Positions 1 to 8,705 of a DNA stretch of 22,859 bases are shown here, one piece after another. This DNA comes from an uncultured Ruficoccus sp. (lineage in GTDB: Bacteria > Verrucomicrobiota > Verrucomicrobiia > Opitutales > Cerasicoccaceae). The stretch's first letter is position 1. The number at the start of each line of letters is the position of its first letter. Made by a program: the position numbers and the translations under genes. The DNA lies in the NCBI GenBank assembly GCA_965140785.1, contig OZ223494.1:1-22859 (forward strand), in the 5' to 3' direction. Below the pieces are notes generated by a model. It did not search any database. It saw only the letters and a program-made list of their open reading frames with translations, and was not told the DNA's origin.

Positions 1-114
1 AGACGGCATTATGGTTTTCCGGGGACGCTTTCATCGACGAACGGGTGGAGGGGGGCGGCCCTGTCCGGGCTGGCGGCGGCGGACTCCCTGGCCGAGGCAC
101 TGCGCGGGCTGTAG
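1..114 (+). CDS. 3' end (partial) of a renalase-like NAD(P)/FAD-dependent oxidoreductase, with an apparent +1 frameshift in the G6 run at 50-55
   Basis: Frame 3 reads LWFSGDAFIDERVEG up to 53. Frame 1 continues AALSGLAAADSLAEALRGL* (TAG 112-114). Joined, they give the GD..RVEGA.LSG.AAA C-terminal motif typical of this family. Confidence 0.6.
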   Translation, partial: RRHYGFPGTLSSTNGWRGAALSGLAAADSLAEALRGL

Positions 115-142
115 TTTTTTAAGAAGGAGATCGGAAGGAGCG

Positions 143-176
143 GAAAAAGGCGGAAGGTGATTTGTCCGTCTTTTTC
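143..176. terminator. Probable bidirectional intrinsic terminator between convergent genes
   Basis: GAAAAAGGCGGA (143-154) pairs with TCCGTCTTTTTC (165-176) with one G-T wobble, and the arms carry A/T tracts. It lies between stops at 114 (+) and 208 (-). Confidence 0.5.
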
Positions 177-207
177 TATTTTGTAGTATTCCTACCTCGG
201 TGGCCCC

Positions 208-1128
208 TTACTCGACGTGCTCGCCCATGGCCTGCTTAATGCGCGTCATGTTGCGCCGAACACTGTCCAGGTAAGGGTTTTGGCCGCTGCGGGGGTCTTC
301 GAGAAAGAGCCAGAGATCGCCGCATTCGTTTTTCATGCGGGGCACGACGAACTGTTCGTAGAAGGCGGGCGTCTTGCGCAGGAGGTCCTCGAACTTGTTA
401 TACGGCCACTGCTCGGGCGGGAGCCCCTGGTAGGCGTAGCTTTCGGTAAATTCCTCGTACAGGAACTGGAGCTTGTCCAGGTAACGCGGGTCGCTGATCT
501 GACCGATAAAGTCGGCGGTGCAGACGGCCTGGCCAAGGAGCTTTTCCGTCGAGGACTTGAAAGCGATGGTGCCGATATTGGCACCCGGGCCGGTGCAGCG
601 GATCAGGTTTTCGACGCTTTGGATGTCCGCGTCCGTCCACTGCCGTTGCTGCAGGTAGGCGCGGGCATGGCGGCAGCTGCGCTGCTCGTGGATGTGCGTG
701 TACTTCGCACCGGTGCCTTCGTCGTCGCCGGCTTCCTTCAGGTAGCCCATGTCGTGCAGCAGGATCGCGATCAGGGCAGTGTTGAAGTCCCCGGGGCTCA
801 GGACGGGTTCTTCATGGGCGTGGTGGCGGTTGACCAGGAGCAGGACGAGGCAGAGGGTCGCCTGCAGCGTGTGTTCCAGGTCGTGGTAGGCCGTGTCCAT
901 GGGCTGAAAGCCCGCGTAGTTGCCCTGAAACATGTCGGTGACCGCCTCGAAGCGCGGCTCGATGTACCCGTCGGGGGCATTGGGGAATGCCTCCGCATGC
1001 AGCCGCACGACCCACCGGGCAACTTCCTGGGGGTCGCGGAAATTAATGTCTTCCAGACGAAAGCGGAAGCGGTCTGATTGTGCCTCGGGTGGAATAATAA
1101 AGATAGAAGTGTAAAGCAATGCCCTCAT
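208..1128 (-). CDS. HD-superfamily metal-dependent phosphohydrolase
   Basis: 306-aa ORF with YHDLEHT ... LLHDMGY ... HIHEQRS ... CTADFIGQ, the H...HD...D metal-ligand pattern. The start codon is uncertain (see findings). Confidence 0.75.
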   Translation of the reverse strand: MRALLYTSIFIIPPEAQSDRFRFRLEDINFRDPQEVARWVVRLHAEAFPNAPDGYIEPRFEAVTDMFQGNYAGFQPMDTAYHDLEHTLQATLCLVLLLVNRHHAHEEPVLSPGDFNTALIAILLHDMGYLKEAGDDEGTGAKYTHIHEQRSCRHARAYLQQRQWTDADIQSVENLIRCTGPGANIGTIAFKSSTEKLLGQAVCTADFIGQISDPRYLDKLQFLYEEFTESYAYQGLPPEQWPYNKFEDLLRKTPAFYEQFVVPRMKNECGDLWLFLEDPRSGQNPYLDSVRRNMTRIKQAMGEHVE

Positions 1129-1284
1129 TTTTCAACGGCATTTTTCTGCCGGGACTTAGGGGTAATAAGTGCCGAAACCGACTTGGCCTACGTCGGAGCG
1201 GGCGGGGATTGTCATTGAAAAGCTGTTCAGATAAGAGCATCTTGGGCTTAGCTGTTTCTCTCATCTGGCCGATTACATCTCTTT

Positions 1285-2361
1285 ATGGCATTTTTATATA
1301 CTGGTATTCATTCCCTGAAGGGGACGCTTGCGCTAGCCGGCATCCTGAGTATCGCCCTCTGGGCGCGAGGACAGGAAGACGAGGCGCAGCCTTTCTCCAT
1401 CGACCAGATCACGGGGACCGAGGAGCAGGCGGGGCTGCCGCTCTCCGATGAGGAGTTGAGGAAAATCCTGGATCTGTACCCCGGCAGCTGGCGCGGGTCG
1501 ATCGACTTGACGGACAAGTTCGGGACCGTCCTGCAAACCCTGCCCGTCGAGTCCGAGTATCGCCTGGACACCTCCGGGGGCAAAGTCGTCCTGCTGGGGC
1601 GCTTCCAGTTCGGTCAGGACAAGAAAGCCAAGTATTCCTCCTCCGAGGTGGAGATTTCGAACGGCTTCCTGATCAACCGCATCAACCAGGAGGGCAAGAA
1701 CACCGTTTACCGCGGCGAAATCGAGGACGGTAAAATCGCCTGGCGCGAATACGGCGTCCCCCGCAGCGAGTACAATGTCTTTTATGAAAGCTTCGACGAG
1801 CGCAACGGGCGTCGCATCTGCACGACCCAGAGCCGGAATCTGCGCCGCGACCGCGACGGGACGGAGAAGACCTACTTCACCGCCGGGCGCTATATTTACA
1901 CCGGGGCCTTGGAGAAGTGGACCCTGCCCGAGCCTTCTTTTAAAGACACGGCAGTGGAAACCACCGGCGCGACCCCCGATCAGGCGGCCACGGGCGAAGG
2001 GAGCACCCCGGGCGGCAATTCCATCTCGACCGTCGGGGAGATGAGCCGCCGCCGGGCCGAAGGGATCGCCGCGGCGGAACTGCCCGCCGATTTGAAAGTC
2101 GCGCAGGCGGAGGTCGCTTCGCTACGGGACCAACTGGAGGCCGAGCAGACCGCTTCGGCCAAGCTCCGCGCCCGTATTGCCGAGCTGGAGAAACAAGTGG
2201 CACAACTCAAGGGCGAACCGCTGCCCGAGACGGACGCGACTTCGGCCCCGGCGGATGAGGCCACGGGCGAAGCCGGTACGTCCACGACGGGCACTCCCGC
2301 CAGTGAGCCGGAGGACGAGCCGTCCAGCGGACGCAGTACCTTCCGCTCGCGGGTGCGTTGA
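1285..2361 (+). CDS. Exported hypothetical protein (signal peptide/TM, beta-rich domain, coiled coil, acidic disordered tail)
   Basis: 358-aa ORF with GC-rich third codon positions. It has a hydrophobic N-terminus (KGTLALAGILSIALWARG), a heptad-like segment (LKVAQAEVASLRDQLEAEQTASAKLRARIAELEKQVAQLK) and a T/A/E/P-rich C-terminus. Confidence 0.75.
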   Translation: MAFLYTGIHSLKGTLALAGILSIALWARGQEDEAQPFSIDQITGTEEQAGLPLSDEELRKILDLYPGSWRGSIDLTDKFGTVLQTLPVESEYRLDTSGGKVVLLGRFQFGQDKKAKYSSSEVEISNGFLINRINQEGKNTVYRGEIEDGKIAWREYGVPRSEYNVFYESFDERNGRRICTTQSRNLRRDRDGTEKTYFTAGRYIYTGALEKWTLPEPSFKDTAVETTGATPDQAATGEGSTPGGNSISTVGEMSRRRAEGIAAAELPADLKVAQAEVASLRDQLEAEQTASAKLRARIAELEKQVAQLKGEPLPETDATSAPADEATGEAGTSTTGTPASEPEDEPSSGRSTFRSRVR

Positions 2362-2427
2362 GGCGGATGGAGCCTTGACTTTGCCCGGCGTCCGGCGGTG
2401 GATGTGGATTTTCGAGAAAACAACGGT

Positions 2428-3012
2428 ATGAAGTTGGGACTGACGGGGGGCATCGGCTGTGGGAAATCCACCGCGGCCCGAATATTTGAAGAGCGCGGTT
2501 TTCGCCGCGTGGACTGTGACCAGATCGTGCGTGACCTGCTCGACGGTGACGAGACGGTGCATACAGCACTGCGCGAGCGCTTCGGCGATCGGGTGCTCCT
2601 GCCCGGGGGCGGAGCGGACCGCACCGCCATCGCTTCGGTGGTTTTTCACGACGCGGAGGCCCTCAAATGGCTCGAAGGGCTCCTTCATCCACGGGTCTCC
2701 GAGGTCTGGCAAGGTCGGATGAATACTGAGCCTGGTGCCGACTGGTGCGTGGAAATCCCGCTCTTGTTTGAAAAAAACCTTGAAAAGCACTTCGATTTTA
2801 CTGTTTGCTTGTTCTCGTCCGAAGCGATTCAGCTGAATCGCCTTGCCGCCAAGGGGCTGTCGCCAGAGCAAGCCAGAGCCCGTATCCAGCGGCAACTTCC
2901 CCTTGAGCAGAAAATCACCCGTGCGGATTTTGTCCTTCTCAACGACGGCACGCAGGATTTTCTCCGGCAGCAGGTATTTCAACTGATTGACGAACTAACC
3001 CACCTCTCCTGA
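2428..3012 (+). CDS. coaE: Dephospho-CoA kinase
   Basis: MKLGLTGGIGCGKST P-loop, plus D.D, LEGLLHPRV, VEIPLLFE, RIQRQ and ADFVLLNDG motifs. ATG at 2428 is preferred over the upstream start at 2398. Confidence 0.95.
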   Translation: MKLGLTGGIGCGKSTAARIFEERGFRRVDCDQIVRDLLDGDETVHTALRERFGDRVLLPGGGADRTAIASVVFHDAEALKWLEGLLHPRVSEVWQGRMNTEPGADWCVEIPLLFEKNLEKHFDFTVCLFSSEAIQLNRLAAKGLSPEQARARIQRQLPLEQKITRADFVLLNDGTQDFLRQQVFQLIDELTHLS

Positions 3013-3084
3013 TTTAAGCCACTGGGCCCTGTCAGACGTTCTGCCGCTGTGCGGCGGTAACCGGTGCCCTGTTTTTGACCCGCC

Positions 3085-5214
3085 ATGAGCGACACTGAAG
3101 AAATGGAATTCACCCTGGAACATGCAGATGTTCCGGCTCCCAAGAAAAAAACGGCCCGCAAGAGCGTGCGCCGTGGCTCGGCCCGTAAGAAGGCCGCCGT
3201 GAAAAAAGAAGAACCGGCTGCCGAGGCCGCCGCGCAAGCCGGCGGCGACTCCAGCGGCGAAGAGGCGTCCGCCCCGAAAGAGGCTTCCCGTCCGAAGATG
3301 ACGCCCGCCCGCGGCCGCAAGCGCAAGGAGCAGGAGGAGCAGGCCGAAGAGGTCCCGCAGACTTTTTCCGCCGACCCCGACGATGTCGATGACTACGGGG
3401 ACCGCGAGGCGCGCAAAAGCCGTCGTGATCAGGACGACCGTGACGATGACCAGGGCGATGACACCCCTTCCGGTCGCTCGGGTAAGGACGACGACGATTC
3501 CGGCCCGGACAAGTCCGGCCGCCAGGACTCCGACCGCCGGGGCGGCGACAATGGCCGGCCCGGCCAGCAGTCGGACAACCGCTCCCGAGGCGGCGACCGC
3601 CAGGACTCGCAGAACCGCCGCGACAACAACGACCGGTACAACCGCCGCGACAAGAACCAGAACGGCGGCAAAGGCCAGCACTGGCAGCCCAAGGGCAACA
3701 AGAACTTCAAGAAGGGCAACTTCCAGCCCGGCGGCGGCAACCCGAACCAGCAGGGCGGAAAGAAGGGCAAATTTAACAAGAACCAGCGCAAGAAGGGCTT
3801 CTTCCAGCCCGCCGGGGGCTTCGCCGCCTCCAGCGACGACGATTTCGAGCCGCCGGTGTACGATTCTCTGCTCGAGGACGAGACCCTCAACTCCGCCGAG
3901 GCCTTCGACAAGCTGAAGGCCGAGAAGATCACCGACGGGGCCGAAGCGATCGACTTTACCGCGACCAACAAGCTCAACCTGCCCGATCTGGAGCAGCGCG
4001 CCAAGGATCTCGGCGCCGAGTGGGAGGGGGCTCCTTCCAAAAAGAAGCTCCTGCGCGCCATCCTCGAAAAAGCGAGCAAGGACGGCCTCCCCGTGCGGGC
4101 CCGCGGCATTGTCGAGTTGGCCGACGACGGCTACGGTTTCCTCGTTTACCAGTCCGAGCAGTACCGCATCCTGGCCGAGAGCGCCTTTATCCACAGCAGC
4201 TTTGTCGAGCGTTACGGGCTCCAGCGCGGCCATATCGTGGACGCGCTCCTGCACGCTCCGCGCGAAAACGAGACCACGCCTTTCGTCCTCGGGATCGAAA
4301 AGGTCATGGACGTCGAGCCGGACTCGGTGCAGCACCTCACGCCCTTTACGGAGCTCACGCCGTATTATCCGCTGGAGCGCATCCTGCTGGAGTGTCCGCC
4401 CGACGAGGTGGACTGGGACAACAAGTCCATGCGCATCGTGGACCTGCTCACGCCCATCGGGCTGGGGCAGCGCGGCCTCATCGTGGCCCCGCCGCGCACC
4501 GGTAAGACCGTCCTGCTCCAGTGCATGGCCAATGCCATCACCAAGAACCGCCCCAACATTCACCTCATCATCCTGCTCATTGACGAGCGGCCCGAGGAAG
4601 TGACGGACTTCCGCCGCCAGGTGGAAACGGCCGAGGTGATCAGCTCGACTTTTGACGAATCGGCCGAGAGCCACGTGCACGCGGCCGAGATGGTGATCGA
4701 GAAATCGCGTCGTATGGTCGAGAGCGGCCAGGACGTGGTCATCCTGCTGGACTCGATCACGCGCCTGGCCCGCGCCTACAACACCCTCATGCCCAGCACC
4801 GGCAAGATCCTTTCCGGCGGTGTCGAGGCCGGCGCCTTGCAGAAGCCCAAGCGCTTCTTCGGCTCGGCCCGTAACATCGAGGGCGGCGGCAGCCTGACCA
4901 TTCTTGGCACCGCGCTGGTCGATACCGGCAGCAAGATGGACGAGGTCATTTTCGAAGAGTTCAAGGGCACCGGTAACATGGAGCTCCACCTGGACCGCGA
5001 ACTGGTTAACAAGCGCATCTTCCCCGCGCTCAACTTCGAGAAGAGCGGTACCCGCAAGGAGGAACTGCTCTACCACCCGCACGAGATGGAGAAAATCTAC
5101 GGCCTGCGCCGCGCGATGAAGGGCGTCCCCTCGACCGAGGCGATGGAAATGCTCATCAGCCGGGTGAAGAAGACCAAGACCAACGCCGAGTTCCTCATGG
5201 CCATGAGCCGCTAG
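3085..5214 (+). CDS. rho: Transcription termination factor Rho with a long N-terminal low-complexity extension
   Basis: DGYGFL RNA-binding motif, [19 protein letters not shown]alker [25 protein letters not shown] and [12 protein letters not shown] motifs. Confidence 0.98.
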   Translation: MSDTEEMEFTLEHADVPAPKKKTARKSVRRGSARKKAAVKKEEPAAEAAAQAGGDSSGEEASAPKEASRPKMTPARGRKRKEQEEQAEEVPQTFSADPDDVDDYGDREARKSRRDQDDRDDDQGDDTPSGRSGKDDDDSGPDKSGRQDSDRRGGDNGRPGQQSDNRSRGGDRQDSQNRRDNNDRYNRRDKNQNGGKGQHWQPKGNKNFKKGNFQPGGGNPNQQGGKKGKFNKNQRKKGFFQPAGGFAASSDDDFEPPVYDSLLEDETLNSAEAFDKLKAEKITDGAEAIDFTATNKLNLPDLEQRAKDLGAEWEGAPSKKKLLRAILEKASKDGLPVRARGIVELADDGYGFLVYQSEQYRILAESAFIHSSFVERYGLQRGHIVDALLHAPRENETTPFVLGIEKVMDVEPDSVQHLTPFTELTPYYPLERILLECPPDEVDWDNKSMRIVDLLTPIGLGQRGLIVAPPRTGKTVLLQCMANAITKNRPNIHLIILLIDERPEEVTDFRRQVETAEVISSTFDESAESHVHAAEMVIEKSRRMVESGQDVVILLDSITRLARAYNTLMPSTGKILSGGVEAGALQKPKRFFGSARNIEGGGSLTILGTALVDTGSKMDEVIFEEFKGTGNMELHLDRELVNKRIFPALNFEKSGTRKEELLYHPHEMEKIYGLRRAMKGVPSTEAMEMLISRVKKTKTNAEFLMAMSR

Positions 5215-5241
5215 GCAAACGCTCGGCGTTTGATCCGAATG

Positions 5242-5280
5242 AGGGGGCGTTGCCCCCTACGGCACTGCGTGCCTACCCCT
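5242..5280 (-). repeat. GTAG-type REP-like double hairpin
   Basis: The + strand has AGGGGGC-gtt-GCCCCCT (5242-5258), then GGCAC-tgc-GTGCC (5261-5273), then TACCCC. On the - strand each hairpin starts at a GTAG. Confidence 0.45.
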
Positions 5281-5386
5281 GATGGCGGATCGCAACCTCT
5301 GGCTCGGAGTGACCCGGCCTCCGTGTCCCTCGTGTTGCGTGAATGGTGGATCGGCTGCACCTTTCATCGCCGGGCGTAACGGGGGC

Positions 5387-5489
5387 GAACCCCAACGGGG
5401 TTGCGCCATGCAGCAAGTCCTGTCCCGGGGTAGGCTCTCGCTGCGCTCGGACCAACCCCGGGCTGGACTCCGGAACCCCGTTGGGGTTC
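5387..5489. repeat. REP doublet (REPIN-like) built from AACCCC-aac-GGGGTT palindromes
   Basis: Perfect 16-bp inverted repeat: GAACCCCAACGGGGTT (5387-5402) and AACCCCGTTGGGGTTC (5474-5489). Each arm is itself a hairpin. There is an inner stem, CCCGGGGTAGG (5424-5434) with CCAACCCCGGG (5452-5462). Confidence 0.75.
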
Positions 5490-5592
5490 TGGGCTAAGCG
5501 TGGACGGTTGCGCGACATGAGGTGCTTGTTTGCGTTAGCGTCAACCTCCTTTACCCATGTCGCCGCTGGCAATCCGGACTGGACGAATAGGT

Positions 5593-5644
5593 GGGGTAGC
5601 GGCCCTTTTGGCCGCGCAGGGGCGGAGCCCCTTATTGCTACTCC
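5593..5644 (+). repeat. GTAG-type REP-like double hairpin (inverted counterpart of 5242-5280)
   Basis: GGGGTA followed by GCGGCC-ctttt-GGCCGC, GC, AGGGGC-gga-GCCCCT, and closed by GCTACTCC, which pairs with GGGGTAGC. Confidence 0.45.
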
Positions 5645-5839
5645 AGCCGGAGGGGGGGTGGAAAGTTCAGGGCGGGGTGATATTTGCCTGAGCGAGGAGG
5701 GGATTTTTGGTTTCATTGGGTAAAATCCTTAAATATCCTCTTTGCAAATTGGCGATTTGCTGACATGTTCGGTCACTTAACCCATTGACCCCCGGTGCAA
5801 ATCGCGCATTTTTGTGCGAAATATTCTACTTATAGTCCC

Positions 5840-7573
5840 GTGACGTCCGCAGACGATTTTGTACTCCAACTCCTCCAAGATAAAGCTCTCGTAACCGGCG
5901 AGGACGTGGAATCCGCGCGCCAGCAGGTTGAGGCCCAAGACGACGGTTCCGGTAATCCGGACTCCGCCACGCTGGATCTGCTCATCCAGAAGGGCCTGAT
6001 CACGTCCCACCAGGTGGTGGAGGCGATGGCTGACGAGTTCAGCATGGAGGTTGTCGACTTGAACGATATCCGCGTCTCTCATGAGGCGCTGGAAAAGGTG
6101 GACCGCCAGATGGCCACCCGCTACAAGGTCTTCCCTATCGAGGTGGATGGCAGCCAGCTCGAACTGGCTACCGCCGACCCGCTCGATGTGGACTCGATCG
6201 ACAGCATCAGCCACGTCATCAAGATGACGGTCAACGCCCGGCTGGCCCCGCTGGAAGACATCGAGCATGCCATCCAGCAGTACTACGAAAGCCCCCATGC
6301 CGAGGACCTTGGCGAGATGGAGGGGCTTTTTGGTGAGCTGGCCGAGGAGGGCGACATCACCATCGACCTGCCCACCGGCGACGAGCAGGGTGTCAAGGAA
6401 GAGGAAGCGCCCATCATCCGCTACGTGCATATGCTGATCACCGAGGCGATCAAGCGCCGGGCGTCGGATATTCACCTGGAGCCGCTGGAAAAGCGCTTCC
6501 GCGTGCGCTACCGCATTGACGGGGTGCTTCAGGAGGTGGAAAACCCGCCCAAGCGCCTCCAGCCCTCGATTCTTTCGCGCCTCAAGCTGATGGCGAACAT
6601 CTCCATCGCGGAGAAACGCGTTCCGCAGGACGGGCGCATTCAGATGAAGACCAGCGCGAAGGAGATCGACTTGCGCGTATCTTCGCTGCCCACCGTTTAC
6701 GGCGAGTCCATCGTCATGCGTATTCTTGACAAGGAGGGGCTCAACCTCGGCTTGCCGCAGCTGGGCTTTTTCAGCGACGACCAAGAGCGCTTCGAGCGGC
6801 TCGTGGCCATGCCGGACGGGATCTTTCTCGTGACCGGGCCGACCGGTTCGGGTAAGTCAACGACCCTTTACTCCGCCCTCAATTACGTCAACCACCCTGA
6901 CCGCAAGATCATCACCGTGGAGGACCCGGTCGAGTACCAGATGACCGGGATCAACCAGGTGCAGGTGCGTAAAGACGTGGGCATGACCTTCGCCGCCGCG
7001 TTGCGCTCGATGCTGCGTCAGGCGCCGAACATCATCATGGTCGGTGAGATCCGCGACCTTGAGACGGCGGAAATCGCCGTCAACGCCTCGCTGACCGGTC
7101 ACATGGTGTTCAGTACCCTGCACACCAACGACGCGCCCAGCGCCGTTACCCGTCTGGTCGACATCGGCGTGAAGCCGTTCCTCGTGTCGGCCTCGCTGCG
7201 CGGCGTACTGGCCCAGCGCCTCGTCCGCCGCATCTGCCCGGCTTGTAAGAAGCCGACCATGCTCGAACCCAAAGAGGTCAACGCCATGGGGCTGAACCAG
7301 GCCCAGTTGAACGAGGCCACCTTCTTCAAGGGCGAGGGTTGCCCCAAGTGCCACGGCACCGGGTACAAGGGCCGCTTCGGCATTTTCGAACTTTTCAACG
7401 TCTCTGAAGAAATCCAGCAGATGATCTACGAAGGCCGTAACCTGGTCGAGCTGCGCGCCAAGGCCCGTGAGGCGGGCATGCGCACCATGCGCGAGGATGG
7501 CTTCCGTAAGGTCAGTGCCGGGATGACGACGCTGGATGAAGTTCTCCACGTCACCGTCAGCGACGCTCCCTGA
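5840..7573 (+). CDS. pilB: GspE/PilB-family secretion/pilus assembly ATPase (paralog 1)
   Basis: [28 protein letters not shown] Walker [24 protein letters not shown] and a CPAC...CPKC Zn motif. GTG at 5840 is the preferred start; the ORF track starts at 5795. Confidence 0.9.
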   Translation: MTSADDFVLQLLQDKALVTGEDVESARQQVEAQDDGSGNPDSATLDLLIQKGLITSHQVVEAMADEFSMEVVDLNDIRVSHEALEKVDRQMATRYKVFPIEVDGSQLELATADPLDVDSIDSISHVIKMTVNARLAPLEDIEHAIQQYYESPHAEDLGEMEGLFGELAEEGDITIDLPTGDEQGVKEEEAPIIRYVHMLITEAIKRRASDIHLEPLEKRFRVRYRIDGVLQEVENPPKRLQPSILSRLKLMANISIAEKRVPQDGRIQMKTSAKEIDLRVSSLPTVYGESIVMRILDKEGLNLGLPQLGFFSDDQERFERLVAMPDGIFLVTGPTGSGKSTTLYSALNYVNHPDRKIITVEDPVEYQMTGINQVQVRKDVGMTFAAALRSMLRQAPNIIMVGEIRDLETAEIAVNASLTGHMVFSTLHTNDAPSAVTRLVDIGVKPFLVSASLRGVLAQRLVRRICPACKKPTMLEPKEVNAMGLNQAQLNEATFFKGEGCPKCHGTGYKGRFGIFELFNVSEEIQQMIYEGRNLVELRAKAREAGMRTMREDGFRKVSAGMTTLDEVLHVTVSDAP

Positions 7574-7613
7574 TTTATTTCCCCCCCGCAATACCCCCAA
7601 TCACCACAGCTCC

Positions 7614-8696
7614 ATGGGCTACGAAATGAACGATCTGCTCAACCTCATGGTAGAGGAGGGCGCTTCTGACCTGCATCTGAATGTGGGGCAGCCGCCGACT
7701 CTGCGCACGGGTGGATCGATGGTGCCGGTGGACGGGCCGGACCTCCAGCCCGACGATACCGAGGAGCTGATGCGTGCCATCACCTCCGACGACAACCAGC
7801 AAAAGGTGAAGACGCAGGGAGGGGCGGATTTCGGTTTTTCTTTTCAGGATGAGGCGCGCTTCCGCGTCTCGGTGCTCAAGTCCAAGGGACACTACGGGGT
7901 CGTCCTGCGCCAGATTCCGAGCAAGTTCTATGGTCTGCGCGAGATCGGCCTGCCCGATAAGATCACGGAACTGCTCCGGCGCACCCGCGGGCTGATTCTC
8001 GTCACCGGGCCGACCGGCTCGGGTAAATCCACCACGCTCGCCTCGATGATCAACTGGATCAACGAAAACCGGGACGGACACATTATCACGGTGGAGGACC
8101 CGATCGAGTATTACCACACGCACAAGAAGTGCCTGATCACCCAGCGCGAGGTGGGGGTGGACGTGCCGACTTTTGCCGAGGCCATTCGCGGTGCCCTGCG
8201 CCAAGACCCCGACGTGATCCTGGTCGGGGAAATGCGCGACCTGGAGACCATCGAAGCGGCTGTTTCCGCCGCTGAGACGGGGCACTTGGTGTTCGGGACC
8301 CTGCACACGACCGGCGCGGCCCGCACAGTGGACCGTATCGTCGATGCCTTCCCGGCCGACACGAAGGACCAGATCCGCACGCAGTTGGCCTCGACGCTCG
8401 CCGCCGTGATCTCTCAGGTGTTGTGCCGCCGTGTAGGTGGTGGCTTGATCGCCAGCTACGAGATCATGATCACCACCGATTCCATTTCCGCCCTCATCCG
8501 TGAAAACAAGACCTACCGCGTCCAGTCTGACATTCAGACCGGCGGCAGCCTGGGCATGATCACTCTGGACGCGCACCTGCTTAACTTGTTCAACCGCGGG
8601 CTTATCTCCGCCGAGACCTGCATCGAGAAATCCCAGCTCCCGGCGGAAATGTATAAAAAAGTCCAGTCGATTAAAACCACTGGAGTTGCCAGTTAG
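7614..8696 (+). CDS. pilT: Type IV pilus retraction ATPase PilT
   Basis: [59 protein letters not shown] and ISALIRE (AIRNLIRE-like). ATG at 7614. Confidence 0.93.
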   Translation: MGYEMNDLLNLMVEEGASDLHLNVGQPPTLRTGGSMVPVDGPDLQPDDTEELMRAITSDDNQQKVKTQGGADFGFSFQDEARFRVSVLKSKGHYGVVLRQIPSKFYGLREIGLPDKITELLRRTRGLILVTGPTGSGKSTTLASMINWINENRDGHIITVEDPIEYYHTHKKCLITQREVGVDVPTFAEAIRGALRQDPDVILVGEMRDLETIEAAVSAAETGHLVFGTLHTTGAARTVDRIVDAFPADTKDQIRTQLASTLAAVISQVLCRRVGGGLIASYEIMITTDSISALIRENKTYRVQSDIQTGGSLGMITLDAHLLNLFNRGLISAETCIEKSQLPAEMYKKVQSIKTTGVAS

Positions 8697-8705
8697 CCAC
8701 CCAAG

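Noticed and set aside
2995..5082. Long antisense ORFs (e.g. 217-1077, 2995-5082, 7575-9965, 10608-11822, 12735-14465, 14583-17021, 17401-18693)
   Set aside because: They are shadow frames opposite well-supported genes, expected from GC-rich codon usage, and carry no recognisable motifs.
5381..5402. GGGGGCGAA resembling a tmRNA 5' end
   Set aside because: There is no following GGnTTCGAC, no T-arm/CCA 3' end and no tag peptide. The sequence is explained by the REP arm.
5273..5723. ORFs 5273-5716 (-), 5282-5497 (+) and 5343-5723 (+) in the rho-pilB spacer
   Set aside because: They translate palindromic repeats (NPNGV, TPLG), have low-information composition and show no domain motifs.
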